Below, piece after piece: positions 61,985 through 64,000 of a stretch of 64,000 bases of DNA. A model generated the notes under the pieces. The model was given only the letters and a program-made list of their open reading frames with translations, ran no database searches and was not told where the DNA came from. Made by a program: the position numbers and the translations under genes. The first letter of the stretch is position 1. Each line of letters opens with the position of its first letter. The stretch is from a virus: IMG/VR virus record IMGVR_UViG_3300045988_174823; one strand, 5' to 3'.

Positions 61985-63400
61985 TTATTCGTCATCGTCC
62001 ACCGACGTATTACGCCGCCCACGTTTCGTTTTTGTAGCGTGCTGTTCTTCAACGATATCCTCCCAAGGCATTTCCAGCGTTCGCTTACGATCGTAGAAAC
62101 GTGAGTAGGTCATATTGTTACAAATACGGATAATATCCCCAGCCCTGTGTTCACGCGCCTTATCGAGATACAAACGCATGATTTCTTCCTTACGCTCGTC
62201 GGATGTGAAATTCATCGTCACGAAACCGTCCATCGGGTTTACCTTACCTTTAGCCTCCGCCAGATTGTAACGTGTAATGACAAAGTCAGGATCGTTGAGG
62301 AGTTCAGGCGGAATACCGTTAGCCTGGGTAGCGACATGAACCACAGCGTTGAATTCCATGGCCATCATCTTAGCTTGTTGAGCCAGTTTCATCTGGCGAA
62401 AACGCTCCTCGTTCATCGAATAACTATGACCATCGCCTAACTCGGCCAATTCGAGGTAATCCCACAATATCATGTCCACCTTACCGTAGGCCCGTTCTAT
62501 GTCTTGGATTTCTTGACGCATTTGAGTGACAGTCATGCCGCCAAAACTTTCCACTGCCACGACAATAATATCGGTTTTGCCTAACTTGGCCACGACGCGT
62601 TGCGCCATCTTCAGTTTAGTATCGGAAATATTACCGACCTTTACATCCTGGTATATACCGCCTAACCACGCAGAATCGTAACGGGCCATGGCTTGCTCGC
62701 GTGTGCCTTCCAACTGAAAATGAACTACGCGATACCCTTGCCGTGAAGCCGCGATACCCAGGTGTACCAGTGCTTGTGATTTACCTGCACCCGATATGCC
62801 CATCCACAGCCACGCTTCACCCGTTTCAGGGCCACCAGTAGCACCGCCCAACTTGTAATCCAGTTCGTCAATACAAGTAGGAATCTTGAATCGGTAATTC
62901 CAATCGGTACTCTGTCGTTCCAACTGACGACGATTGAAGTCGCTAAACACGCGGTCGTATTTGGCGTCCTGGATGGTAAAGTGCGATATTTCCTCAGCCG
63001 CTTTAATTAGGATGTTGTATGCCTTTTCCTTATCGCCCATGTTGTAGGAATCGGCAATACGGTCGTTAGCGTCGAGGAATTTCATCTGGCGAATGTACGC
63101 TTCCAGCGACGCTATCAACGACGGAATATCTTCGTCCGTAACATCTACGTCGCGTATATTCTCGATTAATTCCAAAACCCCCTCGTTGTCCAAAAAAGCC
63201 TGTTGCAACTGGCCTATGGTCGGTACGCGCCCGGTTTTAGAATACCGTTCAGTCATCTTTTTCCACACTTTCTTTTCGGCCTCAACCTGAAGATACGAAA
63301 AGCGCAGATATTGGTTCAATATATCAAACACTGAACGTTTACGAATAGCTGCCGAAAACAGCTCGGTGATTAAGTTGGACGATAGTCTATCTTTAAGCAT
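61985..63400 (-). CDS. dnaB: DnaB-like replicative helicase (SF4)
   Basis: Walker A is GISGAGKSQAL and the Walker-B-like motif is MILWDYLEL. It has a RecA-like C-terminal domain. The ATG at 63400 is 2 nt after the upstream TAA. Confidence 0.8.
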   Translation of the reverse strand: MLKDRLSSNLITELFSAAIRKRSVFDILNQYLRFSYLQVEAEKKVWKKMTERYSKTGRVPTIGQLQQAFLDNEGVLELIENIRDVDVTDEDIPSLIASLEAYIRQMKFLDANDRIADSYNMGDKEKAYNILIKAAEEISHFTIQDAKYDRVFSDFNRRQLERQSTDWNYRFKIPTCIDELDYKLGGATGGPETGEAWLWMGISGAGKSQALVHLGIAASRQGYRVVHFQLEGTREQAMARYDSAWLGGIYQDVKVGNISDTKLKMAQRVVAKLGKTDIIVVAVESFGGMTVTQMRQEIQDIERAYGKVDMILWDYLELAELGDGHSYSMNEERFRQMKLAQQAKMMAMEFNAVVHVATQANGIPPELLNDPDFVITRYNLAEAKGKVNPMDGFVTMNFTSDERKEEIMRLYLDKAREHRAGDIIRICNNMTYSRFYDRKRTLEMPWEDIVEEQHATKTKRGRRNTSVDDDE

Positions 63401-63995
63401 ATCCTCGTATTTTGTACACAAGAGGGTAGTTTTTACCCAGTAGTTTCTTGCACTGTTCCTTGAACTTACACGTCGCACACCAAGGGCTCCGGTGGTGATA
63501 TAACGTCGTATTCACGATACACCACGCAAACCCCTTATTAGTGCTGTAAAACGCCGCTTTGGCTTTTTCTTCGCGGTCTATAAGCCTAACTAATAACGCT
63601 GGTAACTCGGTCTCGCTCTTGAGCGTAGAGACGTCAAAACGGCTTTTCAGCCCCTTAGCCACAAAACGCGCGGCCGACGTCGGATAGACCTTTTCCCACG
63701 ATTTTATGGCCGCCTTACTGACCAGCCACGCCAATCGTGTACGACTTAGCGTCTTGCGTGATAAGCCAGAACGCTCGCCGTAACGACATTGTAATTGAAA
63801 CAGAATGAAACGCCGGGTGAAGTCCTCGGTAGCGGAGGTGTAACGTTCTGTGAAGTGATTCCACGCGTGGATGTCAGTATCGTTCACGCGGAATGTCTGA
63901 CGCATATCGCACCCCATCTGGTACAACACGTCCACCAACAGCCTCACGGCGTATCGGTAGAGTGCAGGTTTACGGATAACCAAATCGTCAGCCAT
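63393..63995 (-). CDS. hypothetical protein (C-terminal Cys/His cluster)
   Basis: 200-aa ORF with HHRSPWCATCKFKEQC near the C-terminus. It lies immediately upstream of the helicase gene; a loader role would be pure speculation. Confidence 0.5.
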   Translation of the reverse strand: MADDLVIRKPALYRYAVRLLVDVLYQMGCDMRQTFRVNDTDIHAWNHFTERYTSATEDFTRRFILFQLQCRYGERSGLSRKTLSRTRLAWLVSKAAIKSWEKVYPTSAARFVAKGLKSRFDVSTLKSETELPALLVRLIDREEKAKAAFYSTNKGFAWCIVNTTLYHHRSPWCATCKFKEQCKKLLGKNYPLVYKIRGYA

Positions 63996-64000
63996 CGTTC

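Overview
The window looks like a contiguous piece of a tailed dsDNA phage genome (Caudoviricetes). No integrase or lysogeny genes are visible. About 85 tightly packed genes are all on the minus strand, and at least a dozen gene junctions are 4-nt ATGA stop/start overlaps. TAA, TAG and TGA all end genes, so the standard code applies.

Genes I can recognise:
- Morphogenesis: large terminase, portal, and a MuF/SPP1-gp7-type head morphogenesis protein.
- Replication and recombination: DnaB-like helicase, DnaG-like primase, a DnaE-type Pol III alpha in two pieces, DEDDh exonuclease, FEN-type 5'-3' exonuclease, UvrD-like helicase, RuvC-like resolvase, SbcCD-like nuclease, RecA-like ATPase, a possible SSB and HU.
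- Nucleotide metabolism: ThyA-like enzyme, dUTPase, HD phosphohydrolase.
- Others: two sigma-like factors and one tRNA-Gln(UUG).

Main observations:
1. Selfish elements are unusually dense. There are two inteins: a LAGLIDADG intein in the terminase P-loop, and an intein with a Vsr/DUF559-like nuclease in the HPxCRC motif of the MuF protein. There are also three related GIY-YIG/NUMOD3 homing endonuclease genes. One of these splits dnaE at the catalytic PDxDxDF motif. Two share a ~125-nt near-identical 5' module with an in-frame TAA at a Gln codon and a hairpin over the ATG. The third is frameshifted at an A8 run.
2. A dispersed gene set suggests non-canonical (hydroxymethyl / hypermodified / glycosylated) thymidine in the phage DNA. 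It comprises a dUMP-type ThyA homolog with a long C-terminal extension, dUTPase, HD nucleotidase, a possible aGPT-Pplase-like protein, two GT-A-like paralogs, and an LmbE-like plus radical-SAM/SPASM operon.
3. A ~750-bp intergenic region carries alternating Pu/Py tracts, a 12-bp hairpin, a G-run-rich polypurine tract and a ~16-nt periodic iteron-like array. It is a candidate origin, packaging site or terminus.
4. An ~800-bp non-coding island around the tRNA has dense stem potential and may encode structured RNA.
5. Five intergenic copies of a TTG-N19/20-TACCTTYG promoter-like motif, together with the absence of Shine-Dalgarno sequences, point to a Bacteroidota host.

All family assignments come from motif recognition by eye. 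No searches were run.
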